Shown in pieces: positions 1 through 10,505 of a DNA stretch of 64,000 nucleotides. Numbering within the stretch: position 1 is the first letter of the stretch; each line of letters starts with the position of its first letter. The DNA lies in assembly GCA_047602425.1 (NCBI GenBank), contig JASGHG010000001.1, positions 96,001 through 160,000 of the forward strand, in the 5' to 3' direction. The position numbers were made by a program, and so were the translations under genes. Under the pieces are notes generated by a model. That model was not told the DNA's origin. It was given only the letters and a program-made list of their open reading frames with translations, and made no database searches. Source of the stretch: Nibricoccus sp. Its GTDB lineage: Bacteria; Verrucomicrobiota; Verrucomicrobiia; Opitutales; Opitutaceae.

Positions 1-463
1 GATACCGGCGTTGCTCCGGTGGAAGGGCCAGTAAGTCACGCCAGACTTTTTGCGCATTGCCGTAATTTTCCGCATGCCACTCGTTGGCTCCTTCTGCATA
101 CATCGCAAATTCTCGTGGCAACTCCGCCGCAGGCTGTTCTCGCCGATACGATTTCACCGACTCCTCGATTTTATCGGGTGCCAAGCCGACTTTTCTCAAA
201 GCCTCTCTGACTTCCGCAATCTCCGCTTCGGCCAGACGCTTCTTTTCCTCGTCCGGCGTCCCTCGCTTCGGCGGCGCTGAAGGCAGAAGACGAATCAATT
301 CCCGCTCGAAACTCAGCGTTGGCAACGAGGAAAGCTCGTCGACCGAGTTGGATAGAAAGCTGTTGGGAAAGTCTGGCCCGCAGCCGTGCGTGTCCGGAAG
401 CGTTGGCGCGCTCCAGAGACCTAAACCAGCGACCAGAAACATAAATCGTCGAACTTGGTTCAT
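1..463 (-). CDS. Secreted hypothetical protein, partner of DUF3142 gene (5' part; runs off window start)
   Basis: Manual translation from ATG at 463 gives MNQVRRFMFLVAGLGLWSAPTLPDTHGCGPDFPNSFL..., open to the window edge. Signal-peptide-like N-terminus, CGPDFP motif, later helical segment LLALPPEQRRY; starts 14 bp after the DUF3142 stop. Confidence 0.75.
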   Translation of the reverse strand, partial: MNQVRRFMFLVAGLGLWSAPTLPDTHGCGPDFPNSFLSNSVDELSSLPTLSFERELIRLLPSAPPKRGTPDEEKKRLAEAEIAEVREALRKVGLAPDKIEESVKSYRREQPAAELPREFAMYAEGANEWHAENYGNAQKVWRDLLALPPEQRRY

Positions 464-477
464 CTTGAAATTTAGAG

Positions 478-1770
478 TTAAGGATTGTCCTTGACGGAAA
501 CTTCCACGTCTCGGCTCAACCGCAACCAGCCGATCTTCAACGTGTCCCCCGGCTGCAGTGACAGCCGGATCTCTTCCAACGGAGGGTGGAGATAAACTCC
601 ATTTTCGCCGCGATGCTCCAAGCGCCATCCTTTGATCGTGTCGCTGGCCACAAGGCTGGCTGAGTTCCACTGCAGGGCTATCGCTTCCCGTGCGATCCAG
701 CGGTCGGTACCTTCGTTTTTCAACACGAGATCGCACGCCCCATCGTGGTTACGCGGCGTTTCCATCTTCAGCTTAACCCCCGGAGTCCGACCTTTCATCA
801 CTTCGGCCAGAGTCGCCCAGCGCCAGCAAAGCTCGTCCTTTCCCGTCGGAAAACGGAACCAGCTGATCCCTCCACAGTATTCGACACGCTCTTTTGAGAG
901 AAATCGAACAACGTACGCGACCTCCGATGTTTCGGCCCAAATTTCACGCCGTCGCATGCCTGGCGACCATTCCGTTGCAGGCCCCTCCGCTTCAAGACCG
1001 ATAAATTTGCTGCCGAAAGAATCAAACAGCATGCGATAACCGTAAGTCGGCAAAGCGACACGGAATGGCCGGCCAAAGGTCGAAGCCTTGCGGATTTGCC
1101 GACACGCTCCTCCCGCTGAGCAGAGGCTGATCGGATCGCTGATATTCTTCGGTTTTTCCAACGAGTGTACCTGGAGAACATAACCATCCACGCACTGTAA
1201 CAGTCCGGGAAATTCATGGCTTTGCATCCACGTCGGCAAGGTCGTAATTACGAGTTTTACCGAACCAATCCTTTCCCTGATAAACAGCAGCAGGCGCGCG
1301 TAACTCTGGAGCTGCGTTGTTGATGCATCGAAATCGATCTGCAACTCAGCCACACGAATACCTTGCTTAGCCGCGGCGTCGATAGCGCGTTTGCACGCCG
1401 ACAGAATCAGCCCCGACTCAAACGAATCATTGCGAAACTCGCTCTTGCACGACCCAATTCTCACCACCAAGCCAATATCCCCTTTGAACCGCGAAAGCGT
1501 TTCCCATTGGGGATCCACCGTAAAAATTATTGGCTTTCCCTGAAAACTGATTTCCGCAGCAAACACGTCCAGCGCCGAAAATTCCTCCGCGTGCTCAGCC
1601 AGACTGCGGCACAAGGCCGATGTCCACACCCGTTGCCAGATGTATGCCCAGTGTGAAACGCCTTGCGTACCGCCCGTCTCTAAGCCGGCGCCACGGACAT
1701 CCATTACCTTCACTAGACAACTAATCAGAAGGAAAATAACGAGCCGGAGGATGGTGGACCCGCGTTGCAT
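478..1770 (-). CDS. DUF3142 domain-containing protein (TIM-barrel-like, signal peptide)
   Basis: Motifs LQIDFD, ITTLPTW, YVLQVHS, PFRVALPTYG and WFRFP..D...W..ATL typical of DUF3142. Confidence 0.8.
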   Translation of the reverse strand: MQRGSTILRLVIFLLISCLVKVMDVRGAGLETGGTQGVSHWAYIWQRVWTSALCRSLAEHAEEFSALDVFAAEISFQGKPIIFTVDPQWETLSRFKGDIGLVVRIGSCKSEFRNDSFESGLILSACKRAIDAAAKQGIRVAELQIDFDASTTQLQSYARLLLFIRERIGSVKLVITTLPTWMQSHEFPGLLQCVDGYVLQVHSLEKPKNISDPISLCSAGGACRQIRKASTFGRPFRVALPTYGYRMLFDSFGSKFIGLEAEGPATEWSPGMRRREIWAETSEVAYVVRFLSKERVEYCGGISWFRFPTGKDELCWRWATLAEVMKGRTPGVKLKMETPRNHDGACDLVLKNEGTDRWIAREAIALQWNSASLVASDTIKGWRLEHRGENGVYLHPPLEEIRLSLQPGDTLKIGWLRLSRDVEVSVKDNP

Positions 1771-1896
1771 TCGCTCGGTTGAATCTGGTAGCCCAATTCA
1801 GCAACAGTCAGACGCAACAGCAACGCGAAAGACAAAATCTTTGCTACCAGCCGTGAGATTCAGTGCACAAGAGGAGCCCGCGCCGTGGCCATTCAA

Positions 1897-4698
1897 TCAT
1901 TTCCCAAACTGAAAGCTCATCCTGCCACGGTATTCTTCCCGCAAGGGTTGTAGCTGGCTTTGCGGTCCGTGCGTTTCAGCAGGCTGGAATTTTTCGCCCA
2001 TCGCTGGGATCACGTGGAGAAAGGCCAGCCCGGCCTGCGGCACTTGAATCGCCGAGGCTTTCTGCAACTCCGCCGGAGGAAATGAGGGCGTGAGCACTTG
2101 CACGTAGAGATCGTCGGTGTGAACGACTGTCGTGATCGTGCCTTCGCGCGTTTCCAACTGCAACCAACGCACTCCGGCAAAAAAGCCTTTGAACTCCGGG
2201 TAAACCCAACCGAAATAGCCCGTGATCGTATCGTTGTAGTCGTTGGCCCACGCCCCGAGTGTCACGCCGCGCCGGCGATTCTGCCACACGCGGTAAGGCC
2301 CTTCGCCCACCCAGCGTTTCGACTTAACCAACTCCTCGGGATAATCGAAACAAACACCGAGGTATGGCGATGGCTTTTCTGCAGTGTACGTATATTCGCA
2401 ATTCACCCAGCCATTCGGCCTGACACGCCACGTTACGGATTTCAACGCGCCCGAATACGTGCAAGCAACGACCACTTCGCCGCCCTCGCCCCAAGTGGCC
2501 GCGATCTTTTCCAGCTTCGCTTCACCCACCGCCAACCGGGGGCCGTTACTCAGCGAGAAGGGAACTCCGCCGTGCCGCACATGTTGGAGCTGTCCCGTGG
2601 TTTTTGAAAATTCGACCTGTAAATCGCCACCTTTGACTTTGATTGCTTCGTCCGATCCAGACCATTCTGCCCGCGCACTGTAGGCCGACATTTCCGCGAC
2701 GCCACGGTCGAATCCGAGCCCGGGGAACGGCCAGGTCATTGTCCACACCTCCCGACCTTGGGGATCCTCGACCCGAAGCGCCAGCACATGGGCATCGCGC
2801 CACTTTCCAGGAAGATCGAGTTTCAGCGTCCCGCGCTGGCCTGGCATGATCGACGGGGAAACCGCCACGCCTTTGGCGACGATTTCAGAAACAAACGATT
2901 TCGCTCCCGGCAAAGGCATGCGCAACAATTCCCAACTGAATTTGCAGGCCGACGTATTCGTGAAGCTGTATCGGTTTTCCAACGACAGCGTGCCGTCCCA
3001 GTTTTCTGGCAACTCGCGTTCTTTTACTACAATGGAAGACCAAAGCTCCTTGATCGTGTAGAAGCTCGCTTCTTTTTCGCGGTATGGTCCGAGAATACCA
3101 TCAGGCGCGGCGTTGCCTTGCAGGTCGAGCTTGCCAGTGTCGGGGCGTTTCACCCCTTCGTCGACCAACGCCCAGATGAAACCGCCGCCCGTGTACGGCG
3201 ACGTACGCATCATGTTCCAATAATCCTCCATCCCGGCGCCCGCGCCACCATCGTAGAGGCCGTGGAGAAATTCCGTCGGCATATAGATGAACGGTCCTTT
3301 CTCCGTCAGAGGGCGTCCGTCGCGGTGCTTCTCCAAAAAACCACCTTTTGCCATGAGCACAGTATGTTCGTAGTTGCGATAGTGCGACGTATTGATGCCT
3401 TGATACAAATCCCAGGGATGAAGCACCGGACGCTGCTGCGGATCCCACTTCGCATAATCGGCGTCGAGCGCCGTCTGCCAGCCGCCTTCGTTGCCATTGT
3501 CCCAAAATAAAATGCTCGGGTGATTCACGTCGCGTTGCAGCATCTCCGCCACAAGTGGACGCCCCGCCTCCGCGCTATAGAACTTCTGCCAGCCCGCCAG
3601 TTCGTCGAGCACGTAGAGACCGAGTTCGTCGCAGAGTTCGAGGAAGCGCTTGTCCGGCGGATAATGCGACATGCGCACCGCGTTCATATTCATTTCCTGC
3701 ATCAGCCGGATATCCTCGCGATGATCTTTCTCCGCGAGACAGCGTCCCGACTCCGGATGAAACGAATGCCGATTCGCGCCCTGCAAAACGATGCGCTGGC
3801 CGTTGAGATAAAATCCTTCGCCTTTGCGCACTTCGAAGGTTCGAAATCCAAACCGTTCACGCAGGCTGTGCGTTGTCGACCCACCGGCCCGGAGCTCAAA
3901 ATCTACAAAATACAAATTCGGCGTTTCCGCAGTCCAAAGGTTCGGTTTCGCAATCACAGAATTCACCTGCACGCTTTCGCCGTCGCCGATTTTCGCGGTG
4001 AAGGGCTTTCCCACCGGCCTGCCATCCAACTGTCTCACCTGCGCAACCACTTCTTCGGCGCTGCCCGAGCCATTGATGAAGACATTTGCGCTGAAACTGC
4101 CGTTGGCCCGGGCATCGATAGCGACCCGTTCGATAAATTGCGCCGGCGCCATCTCCAGCCAGACCGGACGGAAAATCCCGCCAAAATTCCAATAATCTCC
4201 CGTGCGCTCCGCGCGGTTGACCGATGCATCCGACGAGGTCTCCGCAACTGTCACTTCGAGTTGGTTCGGTTTGTCGAAGTGAATCAACGACGTGATCTCG
4301 TATTTGAACTCGTAAAAACCGCCCCGATGAGTCGGGCCGACTGGCTGACCGTTGAGCTTGGCGGTGGTATCGGTCATCGCTCCCCCGAACACGAGGAAAA
4401 CACGCTGGCCCGCCCAGCTTGTTGGGACGGTAAACGCGTGGCGATATTCACCGACGTCGGCCGGGCTGTCCTTATGGTAACTCAACGTGCCAAAGCCGTG
4501 CATTTCCCAATTCGAGGGCACAGGAAGCGTCGACCATTCGCCCGCTGGTTTGCCATCGGTCGCACAACGAAAATCCCAGCGTACCGCATCATCGCGATCA
4601 TGGCCGGAGAGGTAGATGCGCTCGGTTTGGGTTCCGGCGTGCAAGAGAACGGCGCTCAACAAGAACAGAGCGATTTGAGAAACGGGGATTTTCGTCAT
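1897..4698 (-). CDS. Glycoside hydrolase family 2 (beta-galactosidase-like)
   Basis: VPSNWEM, GGIFRPV, LWTAETPNLY, MNMNAVRMSHYP, RDVNHPSILFWDNGNE, PTEFLH. Start placed at MTKIPV (4698, signal peptide) because the longer ORF overlaps the GH39 gene. Confidence 0.9.
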   Translation of the reverse strand: MTKIPVSQIALFLLSAVLLHAGTQTERIYLSGHDRDDAVRWDFRCATDGKPAGEWSTLPVPSNWEMHGFGTLSYHKDSPADVGEYRHAFTVPTSWAGQRVFLVFGGAMTDTTAKLNGQPVGPTHRGGFYEFKYEITSLIHFDKPNQLEVTVAETSSDASVNRAERTGDYWNFGGIFRPVWLEMAPAQFIERVAIDARANGSFSANVFINGSGSAEEVVAQVRQLDGRPVGKPFTAKIGDGESVQVNSVIAKPNLWTAETPNLYFVDFELRAGGSTTHSLRERFGFRTFEVRKGEGFYLNGQRIVLQGANRHSFHPESGRCLAEKDHREDIRLMQEMNMNAVRMSHYPPDKRFLELCDELGLYVLDELAGWQKFYSAEAGRPLVAEMLQRDVNHPSILFWDNGNEGGWQTALDADYAKWDPQQRPVLHPWDLYQGINTSHYRNYEHTVLMAKGGFLEKHRDGRPLTEKGPFIYMPTEFLHGLYDGGAGAGMEDYWNMMRTSPYTGGGFIWALVDEGVKRPDTGKLDLQGNAAPDGILGPYREKEASFYTIKELWSSIVVKERELPENWDGTLSLENRYSFTNTSACKFSWELLRMPLPGAKSFVSEIVAKGVAVSPSIMPGQRGTLKLDLPGKWRDAHVLALRVEDPQGREVWTMTWPFPGLGFDRGVAEMSAYSARAEWSGSDEAIKVKGGDLQVEFSKTTGQLQHVRHGGVPFSLSNGPRLAVGEAKLEKIAATWGEGGEVVVACTYSGALKSVTWRVRPNGWVNCEYTYTAEKPSPYLGVCFDYPEELVKSKRWVGEGPYRVWQNRRRGVTLGAWANDYNDTITGYFGWVYPEFKGFFAGVRWLQLETREGTITTVVHTDDLYVQVLTPSFPPAELQKASAIQVPQAGLAFLHVIPAMGEKFQPAETHGPQSQLQPLREEYRGRMSFQFGK

Positions 4699-4730
4699 GG
4701 GCTTTCTGAAACCGAAATCTAAAACCAAGT

Positions 4731-6413
4731 TCACCACTCCAACACAAGCAATGTCACCGCTTGCCTTGGCAACGCTATCTCCAGCTGCGCAATATTGTTC
4801 TTTATCGAGATCGACGCAGGAGTCTCGTCGATCCGGGCCAGTTGACCCGCCTTTTTCATCTGGTCGTATTGTGATTCGTTCGGCGCACCCGGCGAGCCTA
4901 GCCGCAACCATTCCGCGTAGGCATTGCTGTGAGTTTGATCGATCTGAAACCTGGCCAGTTTTGCGGTGCCAGCCTTGAGCGGCAGGTTCGACAGCGCCAG
5001 CGACACGCGCGCTTCCGGTCCGGCCACATCGTCGTCGTGATAATGCCAGATCATGACGCAAAGTTTGTTGCTTTCCAAACTGGCAAGCGCAGCCACATCG
5101 GGAGCGCCGCGCACGCCGTCCTGGATCATTGCGTCGACTGAAATTTCTCCCGAACTGTTTGTCGTGACACGTTGTCCGCCCATGCGACTGAACATGCGGA
5201 ATACATTCAGCACAGGAAGATCGATGCCGTTGGTCGCCAGCACACGTTGACCGGCGAAATACGGTTGATCCTCAAATTCAAAAGCCCACGTTACCGCTCC
5301 TTCGAGGTTCACGCCATGCCGATCAGCGAGTTGATATTTGCGGGCAAAACTAGCCGCAGTATAACTCGAATACATCGTGCCCGCGCGATAGCCGAGCTGA
5401 GGTCCCTGGCATGCCGCACAACCGTCAGGATCGGATTCGCCGAGGATGATGGGCTTGTTTTTCAATTCAGGCACCGCAGCGATTTTCTTAAAACCGTTGT
5501 CGATAGCCTTAAGTTGGGCACTGATGCCGAGCCGCACGTGTCCATCGACAAAACTCGGCGATCCCTTCGCGTGAAACGCAAGAAAATCGGTCGGCGTCCC
5601 GGGTAAACCCGACGCATAGTTGGTCCCGCTGACGATATGCTTCAGAAACCCATCCATAAAAGCGCCGCCACTGCCCGCCGCATGTGGACCGCCCACCCGC
5701 GCGTTCGGCAGTGCGCGGCGAATACCGTCGATCGCATAATCATGCAGTTTGTACCATTCTTCCGGTGTGCCTTTCCAGTAGTGCCCATTGGCTTCATTCC
5801 AAACTTCCCAATACCACGATTCGACTTCCGCGCGCCCATAGCGTTCGACGCAATGCTTCACCCATTGATATGCGAGTTCGCGCCACTTGTTGTAATCTTT
5901 CGGCGGATACGCCCAGCCGGTGATGATGTTTTCGTAACGCAAACCCGGCCGCCATTCGTGTTGGTAAGGCTCGGGATGGGTGGACAACGCCTGCGGCATA
6001 AAACCTAGCTGGGCAAACGGCCGCACACCCCGTCCGATGTACGCGTCGAAGATCCGATCCACGACCGTCCAGTCGTAGACGGGCCGGCCTTGGGTGTCTT
6101 CGGTGTAAACGTTGGTGCTGCCCCACTTCAACGCCGGCGAGCCGTCACCCGTACAGAGCATGTTATGCGCGCGAAAATAAACCTGCTGCGGCTTCAGCTC
6201 GCCGAGTTCGGCGAGCAATTTCCTGCCGTCTTTCATTGTCGCGTAGTTAGGTTCGTCCGCCCCGAAAAAACGCCAGATGGGTTTCATCTCGCCGACCGGT
6301 TTGCCAGCGTCGACCTGAATGGAAACAGAAAACGAAGCGACCGCCTCGGTCGCGCCAGCTACCACTGCAAAAGCCGAAACAAACAGAAGAGATAAAAAGA
6401 CACAGAGTTTCAT
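4731..6413 (-). CDS. Glycoside hydrolase family 39 (beta-xylosidase-like)
   Basis: WRFFGADEPN, WYWEVWNEAN (acid/base), RVGGP, FHAKG, ILGESDP (nucleophile), WAFEFE; signal peptide from MKLCVF at 6413. Confidence 0.88.
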   Translation of the reverse strand: MKLCVFLSLLFVSAFAVVAGATEAVASFSVSIQVDAGKPVGEMKPIWRFFGADEPNYATMKDGRKLLAELGELKPQQVYFRAHNMLCTGDGSPALKWGSTNVYTEDTQGRPVYDWTVVDRIFDAYIGRGVRPFAQLGFMPQALSTHPEPYQHEWRPGLRYENIITGWAYPPKDYNKWRELAYQWVKHCVERYGRAEVESWYWEVWNEANGHYWKGTPEEWYKLHDYAIDGIRRALPNARVGGPHAAGSGGAFMDGFLKHIVSGTNYASGLPGTPTDFLAFHAKGSPSFVDGHVRLGISAQLKAIDNGFKKIAAVPELKNKPIILGESDPDGCAACQGPQLGYRAGTMYSSYTAASFARKYQLADRHGVNLEGAVTWAFEFEDQPYFAGQRVLATNGIDLPVLNVFRMFSRMGGQRVTTNSSGEISVDAMIQDGVRGAPDVAALASLESNKLCVMIWHYHDDDVAGPEARVSLALSNLPLKAGTAKLARFQIDQTHSNAYAEWLRLGSPGAPNESQYDQMKKAGQLARIDETPASISIKNNIAQLEIALPRQAVTLLVLEW

Positions 6414-6444
6414 GAGATGCGTTCGAGCGAAGTTGCCGCAGACG

Positions 6445-7545
6445 TTACCGCGGTTTCTGTCCCGGTTGCGGGCCGAGGGGCGGACCACTGAGGTCCTCGC
6501 GGTATCTATTGACGCGGAGATTGTCGCCAAGATCCTCGATTTCGTAAATTTTGCCACGTGCTTTCACGAAAGGTTGATGGACCACCAGCATGAGCTGCCC
6601 TTCGAAGGTGCGAAACAACATGCCGTGTCCGCTGTCGTTGCGGACGAGCGGCGGCAGTTGCTCCCACGGGCCTTTGAGTTCGCCGGACTTGGACCGCGCA
6701 ATGGTCTCCACGTAGCCATCTCCGCCAAAACTGTTTTTCTCGTAGCTCGACCAGAGCATAAGGAGTTGGCCGGTCTTTGTGCGGTAGAGCTGGGGACCGT
6801 CGGTCACATAGATCGCAGATTTGGCGCTCGGCACAGCCTGCTCATTGGTCCACGGCGCATCGGAACCTTTGAACAAATGGATCGGTTTACCCGCCGCGGC
6901 CGACAGGTCGTCCTTGAGCGGAATCGCCTCAATTGTGCCGTCGATTTTCTGGATCCACTCATGCGCGTAAACCATCCAGGGCTTGCCCTCGGTATCCACG
7001 TAAAGCGTGCCGTCGAGTGTCATGAAATCGGGCGGAGTCACGGGACTGTCCTTCTTGATCAACTCAAAAGGTCCAAGCGGCGATTCGCTCACGGCAATCA
7101 CCGTGCCACGCATTGAGTTCGGCTCGGAGGCCAGCGCCGATGGTAGCGTCTTGCTGCGATTGTGCAGTGTGGTGAACAAATAATATTTTCCTCGATAGGC
7201 ATGTACTTCGGGCGCCCAGGCATTCTCTTGCGGAGCGGCCCAGCTATCGTCTGGACAGGTGAAGACAAGAAACGGACCTTCCCACGTGGCGAGGTCTTTG
7301 CTTTTGTAGGCGTAGGTGCCGGTTCGGTTAAGTCCGGTAGCGTGGGTCGAAGCCGAGGTGTAAAGAAAGTAGGTCCGGCTCGACGGCTCCGGCAATATAC
7401 ACGGATCGTGCAGCGGAATATCAGGAAGCCGAAGTCCGGCGCGCGGCTGTGCAGGTGCAGGTAGTTCGGTCTGAGTCTGCGCAGCGACATTCAGGACCAA
7501 TGCCGTGGTAAAAATTCGAAAGAAAAAGCAAGGAATGGAACGCAT
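6445..7545 (-). CDS. Glycoside hydrolase family 43
   Basis: HDPCI, WAPEVH, LDGTLY, TDGP and GHGMLF five-bladed propeller motifs; signal peptide. Confidence 0.88.
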   Translation of the reverse strand: MRSIPCFFFRIFTTALVLNVAAQTQTELPAPAQPRAGLRLPDIPLHDPCILPEPSSRTYFLYTSASTHATGLNRTGTYAYKSKDLATWEGPFLVFTCPDDSWAAPQENAWAPEVHAYRGKYYLFTTLHNRSKTLPSALASEPNSMRGTVIAVSESPLGPFELIKKDSPVTPPDFMTLDGTLYVDTEGKPWMVYAHEWIQKIDGTIEAIPLKDDLSAAAGKPIHLFKGSDAPWTNEQAVPSAKSAIYVTDGPQLYRTKTGQLLMLWSSYEKNSFGGDGYVETIARSKSGELKGPWEQLPPLVRNDSGHGMLFRTFEGQLMLVVHQPFVKARGKIYEIEDLGDNLRVNRYREDLSGPPLGPQPGQKPR

Positions 7546-7673
7546 GCCTGAAACGGGGTGGGTGTTGCTGTGATCATGCTCGATTCCAATCGTTGCGGAC
7601 GGGATTCGAGAGGGTAAAACTATTCCTATCGTCGTTCATGCCAAGTCCCGCTGACGCCGTACCGTCCGACTCA

Positions 7674-10382
7674 TCAACGATTCTGCTCACCCAACTCAGG
7701 TACGCCGGGTTCATCGAGGAGCTGAATGTTTGTGGCAGGGCCAAGATTAGCCTCCGTGTCCCAAGAGCGCAGCGCCCAGACGACTTTTTTCTCCGGCGTG
7801 ACCTCCACTACTTGAACCGTTGTGGGCCATTTTTTTGGATCTTTAACACCGTTCGGGCACCAATTGGAAATCACCGTATTGCCATTCTCCAGGCGATTAG
7901 CCTCCTGCAAGCTGAACAATTTGATATCGGGAACATCCTTCTGCGAAAATTCCCAGACAATTTCGCCGCGCGCGTTTACTTCCCGCACGAAACCTTTGTT
8001 GCTAGTGACAAGTGTATTTCCATTCTTCAAACGCGTTGCCGACCAAGGCGAAGGAATCGCAAGCGACCAAAGCACATTTCCGCTCCAATCGTATTCAGCC
8101 ACCTTGTTATTATCCATATGCGCTGCCAGCAACGTTCCGGCCTTCGTCATTCGGACGCGACGGAACTGGCCATGCACTTTCTGCGGATTCCCTGTCGGTA
8201 AAATGATTTCCTTCTCCATTCGACCCGTGGCCCATTCGATGACCATCGCTTTCGCAGGGTTGCCATTTTGCACAATCATCACGCGATCAAGCCCAAGCGG
8301 CTGCGCGACGTGCACTTCGCAGCCCTTCGGCGCATCGTAACTCCAGATAATTTTTTTCTCAGGCGTGACCAATTTTGCACCGGTCATGTGTGCAAAGAGG
8401 ACGTTGCCGTTCGAGAGCCTGGTCGCGTCGCTGTATTCCTGGATCGTACCCGCCTCATTCTTGAGTGGCATGCCGTAGCTCCACACCACCCTGCCCTCGC
8501 GCACAACAAACATCGTCTGCATGGAATTACGATGATCCCACTCACCCGCGTAGAAAAACGCATGCTGCGCGAGGCCATTGCCGGGAAGCACGTCGGGTGA
8601 GTAGGCGGTTGTCACCGCAGTTGCGGCAGGGTCCACCACGTTCCCGTTGTCGAGCGGCAGATAGATCAACTCGATGCCCTTGCCGTTGGCCGGATCGAGA
8701 TTTCGCGAGTAGCGCCGCGTGTCATCGCCGTCCCAATGTTCGTGTACGCCCAGGCTCTCGACCGGGCTTCCTCCTTGGATATAGTTCGTCTTCGAAGGCG
8801 CATGCTGTGGATCGGCCATCTCAACCAGGTAATCGTCGGCGTTTTCGCGGATGAGAATGCGAGGCAGATTATCGTTAATGGGATCGCCATTGTTTTTAGT
8901 TTGAGAATGCAAAATATCGAGACCGACGGAATCGAGCGCGACGCCGTCTTGCGAAAGCAAGTAGCTGGCGGGCCAGTCGGGATTCTCATAGGGTTCCACG
9001 CGGTTGTTGAAAGGCGGATTCGGAAAGTGCAGTGGAAAGGATTTCCACTTTCGACCGCAATACAGGCCGTCGAGCATGTATAGGATAGTTTTGCCACCCA
9101 GCGTCGGCGAGGCCGCGAGGTCGACCATCGGCGAGTAAGCGCCGTGTTTGGCCTTTTGGGCGGTGTCGATGTCGGGATGAAACTCGGGCGTGCCTTTTAC
9201 CGATCCGAAGTGGTTTTTGCCAGTCATGGTCACCGCGGTCTGCCCTTCGTCCCCATCCTCCATGGTGTTGTAGGGGTACGAGTGTAATTTGAGCAACGCG
9301 AGATTGATCAAGTACGTGGCATCGCGAACCTGTTTCGGGATCATTTTGGCATCCCTGTAAGGTCCGCCGCCGGAATAGGTCATGGCTTCGACCCAATCGG
9401 CGCCTTCCAGACCATGGTGATCGCCATAGGCGGGGTTGATTGGTTGGGCGTTGGATGCGGGTTTGTATTGCACAAAACGCACGTCCTTAAATTCCGACCA
9501 CACCTTCGTCAGGATGGCTGGATTGATGAAGCGTCGGGCGTCGTAGACAATGATCGCTTCTTGAGGAAAGTGCGCTTCGTTGACGAGCTGGCGCACCATG
9601 GCGAGCACGGTCTGCGGAGCAGTGTCGATTTTATTGTCCTCTTCGATCGCGCCTTCGCTGTTGTTCAGGTTCACTTTGACCGCAATGGTTTCGCCCGGCG
9701 CGTAGCCTTGTTTGAGGCCGCGGACGCGCTGATTGTAAGAGCGCAACAACGCCTCCCAAGCCGCGCTGTCGGCAGTAGTGCCAGTCAACTGTTGCAGGGC
9801 TTTCGAGAGCATCGCGGAAACGCGGACTTGGTCGGTATTCGCGTCCAGCCACCATTGATCTTCTTTAAGTTTCCACCGACCCGCCCATTTGGTCGCCGGT
9901 GGATCGCGCGTCCACACCACACGACCGGGATAAATCCCCCGGGCTGCCCCAAGCGGCTGGTTGGCCGGACCAGGCGTCCAATCATATTTCCCTTGCTGGG
10001 GAAACTTGCTCGGAAACTTGCTGCCCGGCACAGGTGGTTTCGCGGAATCGTCCCCCGCGGCGACACTCTGCAAACTCGAAATATTTATCCACAAAAGCCC
10101 ACTTGCGACAACAACGACAGCCGCGATTCCTACGACCTTCCTGCGCAATTTGGAAAACGCAAAATGAGCCGAAAGCAACGTCACCATCCAAATTACTAAA
10201 CTACTAGCCAGAGGAAACGCCGCGCGCTGACAAGGATAAGCAGCCCTGCTCGGTTTCGGAATCACCCGAATCGCAAACCAGAAGAGAGCGACCGCGCCCA
10301 CACCCAAAAATGCGATGCGTGCCCACCCAGAGGCGAGATGTTGTTTGAATGTTCGAAGGACTTGAAATGGGCGACGTATCAT
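7674..10382 (-). CDS. DUF362 domain protein fused to a C-terminal beta-propeller repeat domain
   Basis: N-terminal TM with RVIPKPSRAAYPCQRAA, GIYPGRVVW, IAVKVNLNN, LKLH...KNHFG, SLGVHEHW; C-terminal repeats RLxNGNxL...VxEVxxxxxxVW. Confidence 0.75.
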   Translation of the reverse strand: MIRRPFQVLRTFKQHLASGWARIAFLGVGAVALFWFAIRVIPKPSRAAYPCQRAAFPLASSLVIWMVTLLSAHFAFSKLRRKVVGIAAVVVVASGLLWINISSLQSVAAGDDSAKPPVPGSKFPSKFPQQGKYDWTPGPANQPLGAARGIYPGRVVWTRDPPATKWAGRWKLKEDQWWLDANTDQVRVSAMLSKALQQLTGTTADSAAWEALLRSYNQRVRGLKQGYAPGETIAVKVNLNNSEGAIEEDNKIDTAPQTVLAMVRQLVNEAHFPQEAIIVYDARRFINPAILTKVWSEFKDVRFVQYKPASNAQPINPAYGDHHGLEGADWVEAMTYSGGGPYRDAKMIPKQVRDATYLINLALLKLHSYPYNTMEDGDEGQTAVTMTGKNHFGSVKGTPEFHPDIDTAQKAKHGAYSPMVDLAASPTLGGKTILYMLDGLYCGRKWKSFPLHFPNPPFNNRVEPYENPDWPASYLLSQDGVALDSVGLDILHSQTKNNGDPINDNLPRILIRENADDYLVEMADPQHAPSKTNYIQGGSPVESLGVHEHWDGDDTRRYSRNLDPANGKGIELIYLPLDNGNVVDPAATAVTTAYSPDVLPGNGLAQHAFFYAGEWDHRNSMQTMFVVREGRVVWSYGMPLKNEAGTIQEYSDATRLSNGNVLFAHMTGAKLVTPEKKIIWSYDAPKGCEVHVAQPLGLDRVMIVQNGNPAKAMVIEWATGRMEKEIILPTGNPQKVHGQFRRVRMTKAGTLLAAHMDNNKVAEYDWSGNVLWSLAIPSPWSATRLKNGNTLVTSNKGFVREVNARGEIVWEFSQKDVPDIKLFSLQEANRLENGNTVISNWCPNGVKDPKKWPTTVQVVEVTPEKKVVWALRSWDTEANLGPATNIQLLDEPGVPELGEQNR

Positions 10383-10505
10383 TGGGGCTCACTGTGCGCT
10401 CGCAGCAAATAGCTGTCGAATGCGTGGTGTTACGATTTCACCGCGGCGTGTTTTCGGGATGATTCTCGATCTTACTGAAGCCCCCGTAAATAAGACTTCC
10501 CGACG

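Noticed and set aside
4699..5061. N-terminal extension of the GH2 ORF
   Set aside because: It overlaps the GH39 gene, and a clear signal peptide starts at 4698. Similar over-extended starts were trimmed for several other genes.
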